Assembly: GCA_963715195.1 (NCBI GenBank) | Contig: CAVQRT010000030.1 | Coordinates: 224,001 to 288,000 of the forward strand | Source: Thermodesulfovibrionales bacterium | GTDB lineage: Bacteria > Nitrospirota > Thermodesulfovibrionia > Thermodesulfovibrionales > SM23-35 | DNA: 64,000 bases | Direction of reading: 5' to 3' | In this document: one piece after another, positions 30,703 through 41,982 of the stretch | Layout of the letters: every line of letters begins with the position of its first letter | Position numbering within the stretch: the first letter of the stretch is position 1 | Notes under the pieces: generated by a model | Database searches by the model: none | What the model was told of the DNA's origin: nothing | Seen by the model: the letters and a program-made list of their open reading frames with translations, nothing else | Position numbers and translations under genes: made by a program

Positions 30703-31146
30703 ATGACAAAAAATATTTATACCTTTTACATGCCGGGTGAAGAGCGTATCTTCCTTAATTATTTTCACGGGATTACATTCGCATTCCTGCTGTTATTTAG
30801 CTTACTCGGGTTTTTTATCACGAAGTTATCAACGGTGGATGCCATCTTCCATGCGCTTGTTTTTGTCCTGCCGTTCTATGGCGTGATTCTGATGTTTAAA
30901 AAGCGGTTTGCCAACGAGGTGACGCTTGATTTTGATGTTCGTAAGATTCGCTTTGTATTCCAGGATGAGAGGGGCACGATTGAAAGAGAGTTTCTTGAAA
31001 TCAAGAAAGTCAATTTTGGGTTTTATCTCACCTTTGTAATGAAAGATGCCAGAATAATGGTCAAACGACCGGATAATAAAAAGGAAATATTCCAGTTGCT
31101 AAAATCCGTTTTTACGGTTGACCGTGGTATTTTTTCAATAAACTAA
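30703..31146 (+). CDS. Hypothetical membrane protein
   Basis: Two TM segments plus soluble tail. Confidence 0.65.
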   Translation: MTKNIYTFYMPGEERIFLNYFHGITFAFLLLFSLLGFFITKLSTVDAIFHALVFVLPFYGVILMFKKRFANEVTLDFDVRKIRFVFQDERGTIEREFLEIKKVNFGFYLTFVMKDARIMVKRPDNKKEIFQLLKSVFTVDRGIFSIN

Positions 31147-31635
31147 GAGCGACTAGGATTAAGGGCTTCACTTCTTTAAACCAGACCTGACCTGACGCCT
31201 TCGACTTGACAAATTTGTTCGCTGGTCACCGCGCTACACATAACAAAACTTGCTTTTTCTCGTATTTTCAATTGGTTAAATGCAATTATTGCTGCTTAGA
31301 AAACATTATCGGGCTGTGACATTGACGATTCATGACGTTCATCCGCAATGATCACTAGTATTGGAAAGAAACCCCCGATACTGCTTTCGTAGATTTTAAA
31401 CTTCTTCAAACACGCATTTATTACATATTGGGTCGGATGCGACTTTGAGATGAAAATCAACGTTTTGTTATACATAAAAACGCGAGGTTTATTGAGAAAA
31501 AGGAAGGCAAAATTGATATCTCAAGCGTGACCATCATTCGTTCCTTTCATAATCCTGTCATCTCTATTTACAGGAATATGGATGTATCTGTCTTACAAGG
31601 CAATAATCAATGTATACTGAGGAGAAGGAAAGCAT

Positions 31636-31768
31636 ATGGAACAAAAAGACTATACCGAGATATTAGGTGTAAGCCAAATAGGCAGTCAAGAGGTAACGTC
31701 AGGGATAGGCCTTCAAATATCATCCTGATAGAATCAGCGGTAAATTTAAAACAACTCCCAAGGATTGA
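31636..31768 (+). pseudogene. J-domain (DnaJ-like) remnant
   Basis: RBS then MEQKDYTEILGVS; AFKYHPDR in +1 frame; ends immediately before next ATG. Confidence 0.65.
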
Positions 31769-32248
31769 ATGACTGACATACTACTTACGATTTTCAGCGG
31801 AATAGCCATAGTGGTAGGTATTGCAGGATGTATCTTGCCAGCTTTGCCTGGCCCCCCAGTATGTTACGCTGGATTAGTACTCTTGCAGTTCACTTCAAGT
31901 CAGCCATTTACTACCAAGTTTCTGCTTATCTTTGCGGGATTAACAATTCTGGTAACACTACTTGATTATGTCATACCCGTATACGGCACGAAGAAACTGC
32001 AAGGATCAAAATACGGCATATGGGGCAGTGCCATAGGGTTAGTTATTGGTCTTATATCGTTCCCGCTTTTGGGGATAATCATCGGTCCAATACTGGGTGC
32101 ATTTCTCGGTGAGTTGATAGCTGGAAAGCACGTCGACAGAGCAATAAAATCTGCTATTGGATCCTTGCTTGGTTTTCTCACCGGTACAGCTGCGAAGTTA
32201 ACACTGTCTTTGGTGATGGCATATTATTTCCTTGTTACTGTGTTTTAA
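31769..32248 (+). CDS. DUF456 family membrane protein
   Basis: G.ILPALPGP, DY..P..G.KK..GSK.G..G, GPILGAFLGE. Confidence 0.85.
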   Translation: MTDILLTIFSGIAIVVGIAGCILPALPGPPVCYAGLVLLQFTSSQPFTTKFLLIFAGLTILVTLLDYVIPVYGTKKLQGSKYGIWGSAIGLVIGLISFPLLGIIIGPILGAFLGELIAGKHVDRAIKSAIGSLLGFLTGTAAKLTLSLVMAYYFLVTVF

Positions 32249-32435
32249 GAAGATTCGACTTGGATCAGAAGAAATCTCAACCCATAGGATAAACCTATCA
32301 GAAGAAAGTAGGCTCTGTCTCTGGACATCTTTCGCTGATGCATCTGCCACTCCGCACTTGACCCTCCTTGAAATTATTGAAGAATACTGATACAAATATG
32401 CAATTAATCACAAGGAGGGCGAGGATCTCGAGAAT

Positions 32436-32729
32436 ATGGAGCCTGTAGAACTGCCGATCGATGGCATACTCGACCTTCATACATTTCATCCCCGGGAAGT
32501 CATGAGCCTACTGCCGGAGTATCTTATGGAGTGCAGGAGAAAAGGTATCCTCGATGTTCGCATAATACATGGAAAAGGGTCTGGTACGCTGAGGAAGACT
32601 GTCCACGCCGTGCTGAAACGTCTTCCTGACGTCGTCTCATTCAAGCTTGCCGGACTGGACGCGGGCGGCTGGGGCGCAACAGTTGCCATTCTGAAGCCTC
32701 TAGATCACACTCACACAGGAAATGAGTAG
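32436..32729 (+). CDS. Smr-domain protein
   Basis: LDLH, RIIHGKGSG.LR, GGWGAT. Confidence 0.9.
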   Translation: MEPVELPIDGILDLHTFHPREVMSLLPEYLMECRRKGILDVRIIHGKGSGTLRKTVHAVLKRLPDVVSFKLAGLDAGGWGATVAILKPLDHTHTGNE

Positions 32730-32789
32730 GTATGGCGAAGATATCACCGGAAATTTTCTATATCTTTAAAGGGTTCTCTTGCAATCCGG

Positions 32790-32927
32790 TTATTTGCATT
32801 CAAACCCATCACCAATGACTGACATTGGCTGTCCACAACATACGAGTTCTCCTTTGCCTTCATGCGTAACTACTACCTCATTGCCACAAATAGTACATTT
32901 ATATTTCTGACCGACCTTTGTTGCCAT
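32790..32927 (-). CDS. Desulforedoxin-like FeCys4 protein (45 aa; absent from ORF track)
   Basis: [35 protein letters not shown]..; RBS AAGGAG. Confidence 0.88.
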   Translation of the reverse strand: MATKVGQKYKCTICGNEVVVTHEGKGELVCCGQPMSVIGDGFECK

Positions 32928-33006
32928 AGTCTCTCCTTTCTTTATTAACTTAATGGCTTTTCCTCATCATAAGGCGATATCTATCCGATTGTCGAAAAAA
33001 AGTGAA

Positions 33007-33051
33007 TTGAATAGCACGTACAGGGTGTTATTCCCCGCACGTGCTATTCAA
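33007..33051. terminator. 13-bp inverted repeat after cytochrome gene
   Basis: TTGAATAGCACGT..ACGTGCTATTCAA. Confidence 0.55.
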
Positions 33052-33055
33052 CATT

Positions 33056-33453
33056 CTATTTTAGTAATGACTTTATGTACGCAACCAGATCCTTCAACTC
33101 CTGAGAATCTGCTGCCAGCGGTTTCCCCTCCAGTGCCTTCTCTATACATTTCTGAGTCATGCTTTCAACATCCTTGGCATTTTCAAGACCTTTTCCGTCA
33201 GGATGACAGGAATTACAGCTTTTATCGTTCGTGCTTCCTCCCAATTTAGGATCTGCAAAAAGCTGCTTTCCTTTTTGGGCGTCACCACCCGTTAAAGCCT
33301 TTTCTCCAACTGCTTCGGTTCCCCCGGAACCCTTGCTCCCCGCTCAGGCTGCTTGCGCCGGTTCAGGGTATCCAACTCCTATGAGGGTTGTTCCGGTGAC
33401 AAGGGCAGTAATGCTCAATCCTGCGAGAATTTTTTTTAATCTTCCTGATTCAT
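33056..33453 (-). CDS. Putative selenocysteine-containing exported cytochrome c (SbtA-like leader); 1-nt frameshift at codon 5-6
   Basis: RBS AAGGAGG; MNQED/LKKILAGLSITALV..AQAA-UGA-AGSKG..CNSCH..KCIEKALEGKPL; UGA 33344-33346 in frame. Confidence 0.7.
33312..33336 (-). promoter_or_regulatory. Candidate bacterial SECIS
   Basis: GC-AAG-GGTTCC-GGG-GGAACC-GAA-GC; G loop begins 18 nt after UGA. Confidence 0.6.
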
Positions 33454-33774
33454 CACATACCTCCTTGGAATTTTATTCTCCTAATTTTCCCATGCAGGTC
33501 TGCAGGAATCAAGTACTTTTTTTAGAATGTAATGCCGATGTTATTATTAGATTCCATACGTACTTTCCAAATCTATAAGTTGATCATCACATCTCTGTTA
33601 CAGGAAGCGGGGTTGCCTCTTACAAACCCGGAATAGCTTTTTGTCTTTTTCACCCCGCAGGAAACATAGGAGTTTTGAGGGGTATGCTCACAAGTCAATA
33701 ATCTTGATGCTTTGCAGATAAAGAGAATGTATTCATCATATGCACTCTGCTCAATTTCCGACAAAATACTAATA

Positions 33775-34419
33775 TCATTGTTGGATATCTCTCTCTTCTT
33801 CAACTTCCAAAAGAACCTCGTTTTTGCGTAAAAACCATAAAGAGAAAGGCGAGTTATATCGAGCAAAAATCGGCTCACCAACTGCAGTGAACCCCGCAGC
33901 CTTTACTGCTTCCAAGAGGGCGGTTTCATTCTCCCTGTAGCGCTTCTCAGACCAGGTTCCCGAATAAGTGCGCGCTGCCAACAGCCTTGATTTAACCTGC
34001 CGGAGTTTTATGCGTGGGTCTGCTGGAATCGGCAGCGTGTCCAGCGTATACTTTGAGGGCATTATGAAGCTGAACACATAAGAATCCGAATTTTCCCCAT
34101 CAGGAGTCTGTTCCACAGGAGCTGTCATTTCTATTTTTTCCGCGGACTCTATTGCAGGAGACTGATTGACCGGGGCTGTCATCGGGATTTCTGTTTTTTT
34201 CAGGTTATCTCCCGAGATGTATTTAAACAAAATTCTGAAGGCCTTATTACCCGCATCATCAAACTTTCCCGATACGACAGTTTCAGCCACAATGTAGGGA
34301 GCGTAGCGCCTCAATTCAAAACCTTTATATATTTTAACGATCTCGTACTTTGGCTGTTCGTAAGCAAATGCTGCTTCTCCGGAGAATAACAACATGAATG
34401 CTACAAAAATTAATTTCAT
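33775..34419 (-). CDS. SOUL heme-binding protein
   Basis: Signal peptide, E.P.Y, AFRILF.YI.G.N, IPMTAPV, ARYNSP. Confidence 0.9.
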   Translation of the reverse strand: MKLIFVAFMLLFSGEAAFAYEQPKYEIVKIYKGFELRRYAPYIVAETVVSGKFDDAGNKAFRILFKYISGDNLKKTEIPMTAPVNQSPAIESAEKIEMTAPVEQTPDGENSDSYVFSFIMPSKYTLDTLPIPADPRIKLRQVKSRLLAARTYSGTWSEKRYRENETALLEAVKAAGFTAVGEPIFARYNSPFSLWFLRKNEVLLEVEEERDIQQ

Positions 34420-34433
34420 CGAAAAACTCCTTT

Positions 34434-37101
34434 TTATTGATCGTCCAACTTCTTTCGCCTCATCCATTTATCAATTTCTACCGCAAAAATAATCGTAATT
34501 GATACTAACAGTATTTCTCCCCACTCCATCATGGCCAAGGGTGCTGTTCTGAATAGCCACTGTAAGGCAGGCACATATATAACGGCAAGATGAGCAAAGA
34601 CAGAGGCAAGCATACCGTAAAAGAGAAAAGGATTGCTCATCGGGCTGATACGGAAAATAGATTTCGTCTCGGACCTCGAGTTCCACGCCTGGAAGAACTG
34701 AAAAAATACCATTGTAGTAACGGCTACAGTTCTGGCCTGTTCGGGAGAATCACCTGATCGTAATGCAAGAACGTAGTTTCCGATAACGCCAAGAGCGATT
34801 ATACAACCCACAAGAAAAGTTCTCTGGATAAGAAGCTTAGACATGAGTCCTTCATGTGGTGACCTCGGTGGTTTATTGATGATCCCTTCTTCTCCCGGCT
34901 CGAAGGCAAGTGCAAGAACCTGCAGGCCATTTGTTACGAGGTTAATCCAAAGGAGTTGTGAAGGGAGATACGGAAGGGGAAGTTTCAGCACTTGTGAGAT
35001 CAATATGGACAGTATTGCAGCAACACCCGTGGGAATGAGAAAAAAGATGACTTTTCTTATATTCTCGAAAACAACACGCCCTTCTTCTACCGCGTGGAAT
35101 ATACTCACAAAATTATCGTCTGCTATTACCATGTCAGCAGCTTCTTTCGCGACGTCCGTACCTGTTCTACCCATTGCAACTCCAATATGTGCAGCCTTGA
35201 GCGCAGGGGCATCGTTGACTCCATCACCCGTGACTGCGACTATTTCACTGTGTTTTTTCAGCTGCTGAACAATACGGAGCTTATCCTGTGGTGCAACGCG
35301 TGCATAAACCGATGTCTGCTGTACTTTGTTGAAAAGTTCATCATCGCTGATAACCCCCAGCTCTTTCCCAGTTAATGCATTCGCTTCTTCCTGAACAATG
35401 CCAAGTTGTCTTCCAATAGCCTCAGCGGTTATGGCATGGTCCCCGGTAACCATAACCGTCCTTATACCAGCTTTCCTGCATCCATCGATTGCCTGCCTTA
35501 CCTCTTCTCTTGGTGGATCGATCATGCCTTGTAGTCCGGTCAGGATGAGTCCGGATTCTATATCATGGTGGGTAATTTCATTTGTATCATCAGGCATCTC
35601 CTTATACGCCATGGCAAGAACTCTCAGTCCCTGCTTTGCTAAGGTATTCGCGAATTTCATGAAATCTTTCCGTATGAGGTGTTCACTGATAAGACAGGCA
35701 GTGCACATATCAAGGAGCTTTTCTGCTGCACCTTTGGCAAAGATGATCTTTTTGCCTTGATACTCATGCAGGGTTGCCATATATCCTCGTTCAGATTCAA
35801 ACGGGATGATACCAAGCCTCGGATAATGCTCTCTTTCTGTTTCCGGGTTCAGCCCTGCTTTTATAGCTGAGACAATGAGCGCTCCTTCAGTAGGATCTCC
35901 ATCGACTCTGAGCTGACCTTGCTCTTCGTAGATGTCAGATTCATTGCAGAGCAACCCTATTCGGAACACATGGAGGAGCGTATCCAATTCATGTGGTTCT
36001 ACAGGCATTTTTTCATGGAGTATCTCGCCCTTGGGTTCATAGCCGCTACCGGTTATCTCATAAGTATGCTCTCCGTCATAAACAAGTTGCACGGTCATTT
36101 CATTTTTAGTCAGTGTACCTGTCTTGTCAGAGCATATGACGGTTGTGCTTCCCAAAGTTTCAACGGTCGGGAGATTGCGTATGATGGCGTTTCGTTTGGC
36201 CATCCTTGCTACCCCTGCAGCCATTGCTATCGTTACTACTATTGGAAGTCCTTCCGGGACCGCTGCAACAGCTGCAGCAACTGCGGTCATAAACATATCC
36301 TTAATGCTTTCTCCTGTGAGCAACCCAAAAAGAAAAACAGCAGCAGAAGCTGCGAGAACAAGCAAGCCTATCTGTTTCGAAAACTTATTAATCTTTTCCT
36401 GTACAGGAGCTTTTACCGGACGCACAGCTTTCAATTCCTGGGCGATTGTCCCTAATATAGTATTCGTTCCTGTATTGACCACAACACCTTTTGCCCTTCC
36501 GCTAACTACGATTGTCCCCATGAAGGCCATATTTGTCTGATCACCGGGAGTCAAATTCGTGCTTTGAATAGGCATAGCATTTTTTTCTGCAGGGACTGAT
36601 TCACCGGTCAGCATTGCCTCTTCGACCTTCAATTCCAGCGCATGGAAAAGTCTTAGATCAGCCGGCACTTTGGCTCCAGAGGTAAGAAGCACAACATCTC
36701 CGGGCACCAATTCTTCACTTTGTATCTCTCTTTCTTTTGCATCCCTGAGAACCCTTGCTTTGGGTACAACCATTTGCTTTAACGCTCTTACACTCTGCTC
36801 AGCTTTATATTCTTGCAGATACCCAATTACCGCATTCAGTAATACGACTGACATGATGACTGCCATATCTATATATTCTGCAAGAAGAAAAGTAACTAAT
36901 GATGCGATAAGGAGAATAAATATGAGCGTGCTGCTAAACTGATGGATGAGTATTTTCAGTTTGCTGATCTGCTCCTGTTCTGCAAGTTTGTTCTGGCCAT
37001 ATTTCGAGAGGCGAATCTTCGCCTCAGATTCTGCTAAGGCCCTCATGTGACGAGCCAAGCTTTTTGAATACCTCTTCTATTTCTAACTGATACCAGCTCA
37101 T
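34434..37101 (-). CDS. P-type cation-transporting ATPase (type IIA-like); +1 frameshift near 37035
   Basis: TGES, PEGL, DKTGTLT, TGDGVND; natural start MSWYQLEIEEVFKKLGSSHEGL is out of frame with the body. Confidence 0.88.
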
Positions 37102-37406
37102 TGATTTCATTAAGTATCTGCTTGTTTCAAAGTGTTCTCGAATGCACTTGTCATACTTGTCTGATATTTTGCCACAATATTATCTCAGATGCTACAGTCG
37201 ATCTGTTTTCAAATGTGGTATCGACATGTAGCATAGAGATCACTTAAGCAGAAAGCATAAATTTGAAGTAACAAGCATTCTGCAAGCAATCTAGGCAATT
37301 CAGAGAAGCATTGGGAGTGCATGCCTGTCAGTTCTCACTGGGGACAAAGATGCATTACAATAAAACATAATAGAATTCCTGGAACAATTTAAACATAATA
37401 CATCAC

Positions 37407-38300
37407 ATGATACGCATCGGCACGTGTTCATGGACGGAAAAGTCATTAATTCAGAGCGGTGAGTTTTATCCTGAGGAAGTAAAAACCGCTGAGGGAAGGC
37501 TCAGGTACTATGCGGGCCAATTTGATACGGTTGAAGTCGATTCAACCTATTATGCCATCCCCGACAGGCGAAACACCTCCCTGTGGGTTGACAGAACACC
37601 GGAAAACTTCGTTTTTCATATAAAGGGTTACGGCGCGCTTACCGGTCACGGAATTGACCCCAATACTTTGCCGAAAGATATTTTCAGTATCCTCCCTGAG
37701 AAAGACAAGACAGGGAATCGTGCTTACGTTAAAGAACCGTTTCTCCTGAATACCATCGCTGACCGTTTCAGGGAAGCTCTCTACCCGCTTCAAAAAGCCA
37801 ACAAGCTCGGCGTTCTGGTCTTCCAGTACCCCCCATGGTTTTGCTATAGCACACGGAATATGGATTTCATACTGACCGGAAAAGAACTGATGGGTAGATT
37901 ATCAACGGCAGTGGAATTCAGACACGGCAGCTGGCTCACACCTGATGTTCAGGATTCTGTGTTCCATTTCCTCACCAAGCATCACATTACCTACATTCCG
38001 GCAGACGAACCTCAGTATGGAAACCTCGCAACCGTTCCCTTCATCCCCCACCTGACTACCGATATTGCCTATTTCAGGTTTCACGGGAGGAACCGGGAGA
38101 ACTGGCTGAAGAAAGGCGTGGAGACATCCTTGCGGTATGCATATCTTTACAGTGATAAGGAACTGAAGGAATTCATATCCCCAATGAACAACATAAGCAA
38201 GAGGGCAAAGGTCACCTGCGCCATGTTCAACAACTGCCACGGTGGGTTTGCGATGAGAAATGCTTTGAGGTTAAAGGAAATGATTAGTCATCCTGACTAA
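37407..38300 (+). CDS. DUF72 family protein
   Basis: IGTCSW, VEVDSTYY, QYPPWF, EFRH.SW, RFHGRN, FNN. Confidence 0.9.
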   Translation: MIRIGTCSWTEKSLIQSGEFYPEEVKTAEGRLRYYAGQFDTVEVDSTYYAIPDRRNTSLWVDRTPENFVFHIKGYGALTGHGIDPNTLPKDIFSILPEKDKTGNRAYVKEPFLLNTIADRFREALYPLQKANKLGVLVFQYPPWFCYSTRNMDFILTGKELMGRLSTAVEFRHGSWLTPDVQDSVFHFLTKHHITYIPADEPQYGNLATVPFIPHLTTDIAYFRFHGRNRENWLKKGVETSLRYAYLYSDKELKEFISPMNNISKRAKVTCAMFNNCHGGFAMRNALRLKEMISHPD

Positions 38301-38400
38301 TATAAGGACGCGGGCATAAAAATCACGAAATGGCTTCGTAATGGCTTTTTAAAAGAACTTTCTGTTACTATAGATTAGCTTTTAGTATTTGGATGACACG

Positions 38401-38437
38401 AACCCTCAGATGCTGAGAAAGCTCTGGGGGTTTTTTA
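38401..38437 (+). terminator. Terminator-like hairpin in helicase leader
   Basis: AACCCTCAGA..TCTGGGGGTT followed by T run, 28 nt before ATG. Confidence 0.55.
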
Positions 38438-38464
38438 TGCCGTGAGAAAATGAAAGGATGAACA

Positions 38465-39922
38465 ATGAACTTTGAAGATTTTCGGTTAAGTCAAGAAACA
38501 ATGAAATCAATATCAGAAATCGGGTTTGAGGAGCCGACACCTATTCAGGTCACCGCCATCCCCATCATACTGAATGGGAAGGATCTTGTTGGACAGGCAC
38601 AAACAGGAACGGGAAAGACTGCTGCCTTTGCCATCCCGATCACGGAAAGATGCCGCAAGGGGAGAAAACCCTTTGCGATCATCCTTGAACCGACAAGGGA
38701 ACTGGCAGTGCAGGTTGCTCAGGAGATGTATAAAATCGGCAGGCATAAAAAAATCAGCGTTCTGCCTATTTACGGTGGTTCCTCGATTGAAAGACAGATA
38801 AAGACTCTACAGCGCGGCGTCAATATTATCGTCGGTACACCCGGCCGTGTGATTGACCTGATCAACAGGAAGGTGTTGTCCCTCTCGGAGATAAGAATGG
38901 TTGTTCTTGATGAAGCAGACGAAATGCTTGATATGGGGTTTCTCGATGACATTGTAACAATACTGAAGGAAACTCCCGCAGAAAGGCAGACTCTTCTCTT
39001 TTCAGCCACAATCCCCCAGCAGATCATAAATATCGCGAAACGGCATATGACAACTCCCGAGAAGATACAGGTAAATACGAAGGATCTTGTCATTCCGGAG
39101 ATACGGCAGCTTTTCTACGAGGTCGGGCAAGAAACCCGAATTAACGCCCTTTCCAGGATCCTCGATGTCGAAGACCCGGAACTTGCCATTGTTTTCTGCC
39201 ATACCAAGCGGGAGGTTGATGATGTCAGCATAAAACTCAGCCAATTGGGGTTCAACGCAGGTGCCATACACGGCGATTATACCCAGGCAAGAAGGGATGA
39301 AGTCATGAGGAAATTCAGGGGCGGGATGCTTGACATCCTTGTTGCGACTGATGTGGCTGCGAGGGGACTTGATATAAAAAATGTCTCGCACGTGATCAAC
39401 TACGGGATCCCCCAGAATCCCGACAGTTATGTCCATAGAATTGGAAGGACAGGCAGGGCAGGAAAGTCGGGGATCGCTATAACCCTCATCACTCCGAGGG
39501 AATACAAACATCTGCGGTTGATAGAGAGAACAGCAAGGACGGTTATTGACAGGAAAAGATTGCCTTCACGGGCAGATGTTCTCAAGGCAAAAGAGGAAAA
39601 CATTGCCCGGGACATTGCCGGAATAATCAGGGAGAACCGGCATGCTTCATACCTTCAGACTGTGAAAGAGTTGTCGGAATCCTATGCATTCGGGGATATT
39701 GCCGCAGCAGCCCTCTTTGCAGCATTCGGCGGGAAAAAGGAAAACTCTCCAAAGGAACCGTTCATCCCTGAGGCTCCTGTGCGTTTACCGGTGACAGGTG
39801 ACAGGTACAATAAAGGCAAGACAGCAATGAAACCCTCCGGCTCAAAGCCGCATTCCCGCTTTCATAAAAACCCCAAAAAACGATACCGGTTTATCAGCGC
39901 CTCTTTCATGTATCGAGGATAA
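38465..39922 (+). CDS. DEAD-box RNA helicase (DeaD/CshA-like)
   Basis: Q motif, AQTGTGKT, PTRELA, DEAD, SAT, HRIGRTGR. Confidence 0.95.
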   Translation: MNFEDFRLSQETMKSISEIGFEEPTPIQVTAIPIILNGKDLVGQAQTGTGKTAAFAIPITERCRKGRKPFAIILEPTRELAVQVAQEMYKIGRHKKISVLPIYGGSSIERQIKTLQRGVNIIVGTPGRVIDLINRKVLSLSEIRMVVLDEADEMLDMGFLDDIVTILKETPAERQTLLFSATIPQQIINIAKRHMTTPEKIQVNTKDLVIPEIRQLFYEVGQETRINALSRILDVEDPELAIVFCHTKREVDDVSIKLSQLGFNAGAIHGDYTQARRDEVMRKFRGGMLDILVATDVAARGLDIKNVSHVINYGIPQNPDSYVHRIGRTGRAGKSGIAITLITPREYKHLRLIERTARTVIDRKRLPSRADVLKAKEENIARDIAGIIRENRHASYLQTVKELSESYAFGDIAAAALFAAFGGKKENSPKEPFIPEAPVRLPVTGDRYNKGKTAMKPSGSKPHSRFHKNPKKRYRFISASFMYRG

Positions 39923-40013
39923 CTCACTCTATTTGTCGATAGATGGCAGATATTCTATTTGAGCGATGTTTCACTCTGTTGCTGAAAAACACCATTTTGA
40001 CTATGATAAATCT

Positions 40014-41948
40014 ATGAAATACCTGGTGAGCATTATCCTGCTCCTCATCTTTTGCTTCCCCGTTTACGGGGAAGAACTTGACGGCAAAGCATACCTGCAA
40101 AAAGGCAGGGACGACCTCAAAAACAGCAGATATGATGATGCCATTGTCAGTTTGAAGAAAGCAGAAAAAGAGTTCCCCGTCCTTGGCGATTATGCCCTTT
40201 TATGGCTTTCCGCTGCATACCATGAAACCGGTGACCACAAGCGGTCGCTCGAGACCATTCGAACACTCCTGAAACAGTATCCGGACTCGTCGCTTGGAAA
40301 GGAATCCCGGTCGAGGGAGATAGAGGAAGCTCTTAAAGTTTCAGAAGAAAATATCCAAACCTTGTATGAATCCTATATAAAGGATTATCCATCTGATACA
40401 GAAATAAAATATAGCTTTGCCCGATGGCTGAAGCAGGACGGACAAACTGAAAAGGCTAAGCTCCTTTTTAAGGAAATCTACAGAGACGCACGGGTATTTT
40501 CGACGATGGCTCTGCAGGAACTTGATGCATCTGATATCGGGGTTGGGGACATGCTGCAGCATGCTTCGAACCATATCAGGCAGATGAATTACGCAACTGC
40601 TGAACCAATACTGAGAAAGGCACTGGCGAAGGATGACGGTTCCCTCAAAACAGAGATTCTGAAGAAACTTGCTCTTTGCCTTTTCAGACAGAAGAAATAC
40701 CAAAAAGCCTCGGACATTTATAAGCAGGTTGGAGAACAGTACTGGGAAATCCGTTCCCTGTATCGTGCAGGAGAAAAAACCGCACTGGATGATGCTCTCG
40801 ATGAACTCTTCGCCGTCAATGATGCAAGGATGAGTTCAATCCTTCTGGCCCTGGCTGCTGACAGGAGAAGGGACGGAAAAAGCCAGGACGCCATTGCGCT
40901 CTACCGGGATATCATGGAAAAATTTCCTTCAGAGGCCGAGGAATCCCTCTGGGGCACCGGGTGGACATACTTTCTTGGAGGAGAATACCGGAAGGCATCG
41001 GAAATCTTCTCCCGTCTTCACAATACATATGGCGGCACGAAATATCTCTACTGGAAAACGCGAAGTCTTGAATTATGCGGGGAAGATGCACCCACGGATC
41101 ATGTTCCATCATTAGGAAGCAGGATAGATTTCTACAGTATCATGCTGAATATGCGGACAGCAAAGAGTCAGCAGCAATCCAATAGCAAGGTTCAGGAAGG
41201 TTTCGTCAGCACTGTCAACGTTGTGCAGGCAGCAGCGCCCTCATTCGGAATGATCGAACGCATCGAATACCTTTTTGCTCTCGGTCTTCAGAATGAAGCT
41301 TTATCCGAGATGACCCATTTGTCGAAAAATACCCGCTCATTCGATGACATATTGTATCTATGCTCCAAATTTGAGGAATCGGGGGAGTACAGATCCTCGG
41401 TCAGGCTGGCAGGGAGAATCCCGAATTCCGATATGGTGCGCCATTTCCTTTATCCCCGGGCTTACAAGGACTCGATCGAAGCATTGTCTTCTCAATACTC
41501 TCTCGATCCTTTCCTGGTACTCTCGATTGTACGGGAAGAAAGCAGGTTCGATTATGAAGCCCGATCTCCTGCAGGCGCGATAGGCCTTATGCAGCTTATG
41601 CCGGGCACTGCGTTCAGGCTTGACCGTAAGCTCAACCTTGGCATACGTTATTCCCGGGATCTGAACGATATCAGGAAAAATCTCCGGATCGGCACGTACT
41701 ATCTCAGTGCTCTTGTCAGGGAGTTCGGCGCCTACCCTCAGGCAATTGCTGCGTATAATGCCGGCGAGGAGACAGTGAGAAAATGGCTCCAAAAGGAAAA
41801 GTATAAATCCACTGATGAATTCATCGAGGATATCCCCTACCGTGAGACAAGAAATTATGTGAAAAGGGTTCTGACAACATTTTTCGAGTACAAAAGGAGC
41901 TACGCAAAGGACCCTCACACGGTCAGCCTGACCCTTGAAAGCATGTAG
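40014..41948 (+). CDS. slt: Soluble lytic transglycosylase with TPR repeats
   Basis: Signal peptide, REESRF, GAIGLMQLMP, AAYNAG, ETRNYV. Confidence 0.88.
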   Translation: MKYLVSIILLLIFCFPVYGEELDGKAYLQKGRDDLKNSRYDDAIVSLKKAEKEFPVLGDYALLWLSAAYHETGDHKRSLETIRTLLKQYPDSSLGKESRSREIEEALKVSEENIQTLYESYIKDYPSDTEIKYSFARWLKQDGQTEKAKLLFKEIYRDARVFSTMALQELDASDIGVGDMLQHASNHIRQMNYATAEPILRKALAKDDGSLKTEILKKLALCLFRQKKYQKASDIYKQVGEQYWEIRSLYRAGEKTALDDALDELFAVNDARMSSILLALAADRRRDGKSQDAIALYRDIMEKFPSEAEESLWGTGWTYFLGGEYRKASEIFSRLHNTYGGTKYLYWKTRSLELCGEDAPTDHVPSLGSRIDFYSIMLNMRTAKSQQQSNSKVQEGFVSTVNVVQAAAPSFGMIERIEYLFALGLQNEALSEMTHLSKNTRSFDDILYLCSKFEESGEYRSSVRLAGRIPNSDMVRHFLYPRAYKDSIEALSSQYSLDPFLVLSIVREESRFDYEARSPAGAIGLMQLMPGTAFRLDRKLNLGIRYSRDLNDIRKNLRIGTYYLSALVREFGAYPQAIAAYNAGEETVRKWLQKEKYKSTDEFIEDIPYRETRNYVKRVLTTFFEYKRSYAKDPHTVSLTLESM

Positions 41949-41982
41949 ACTTTATCCTGACTGTTCTGGTATTTTAGGTACG

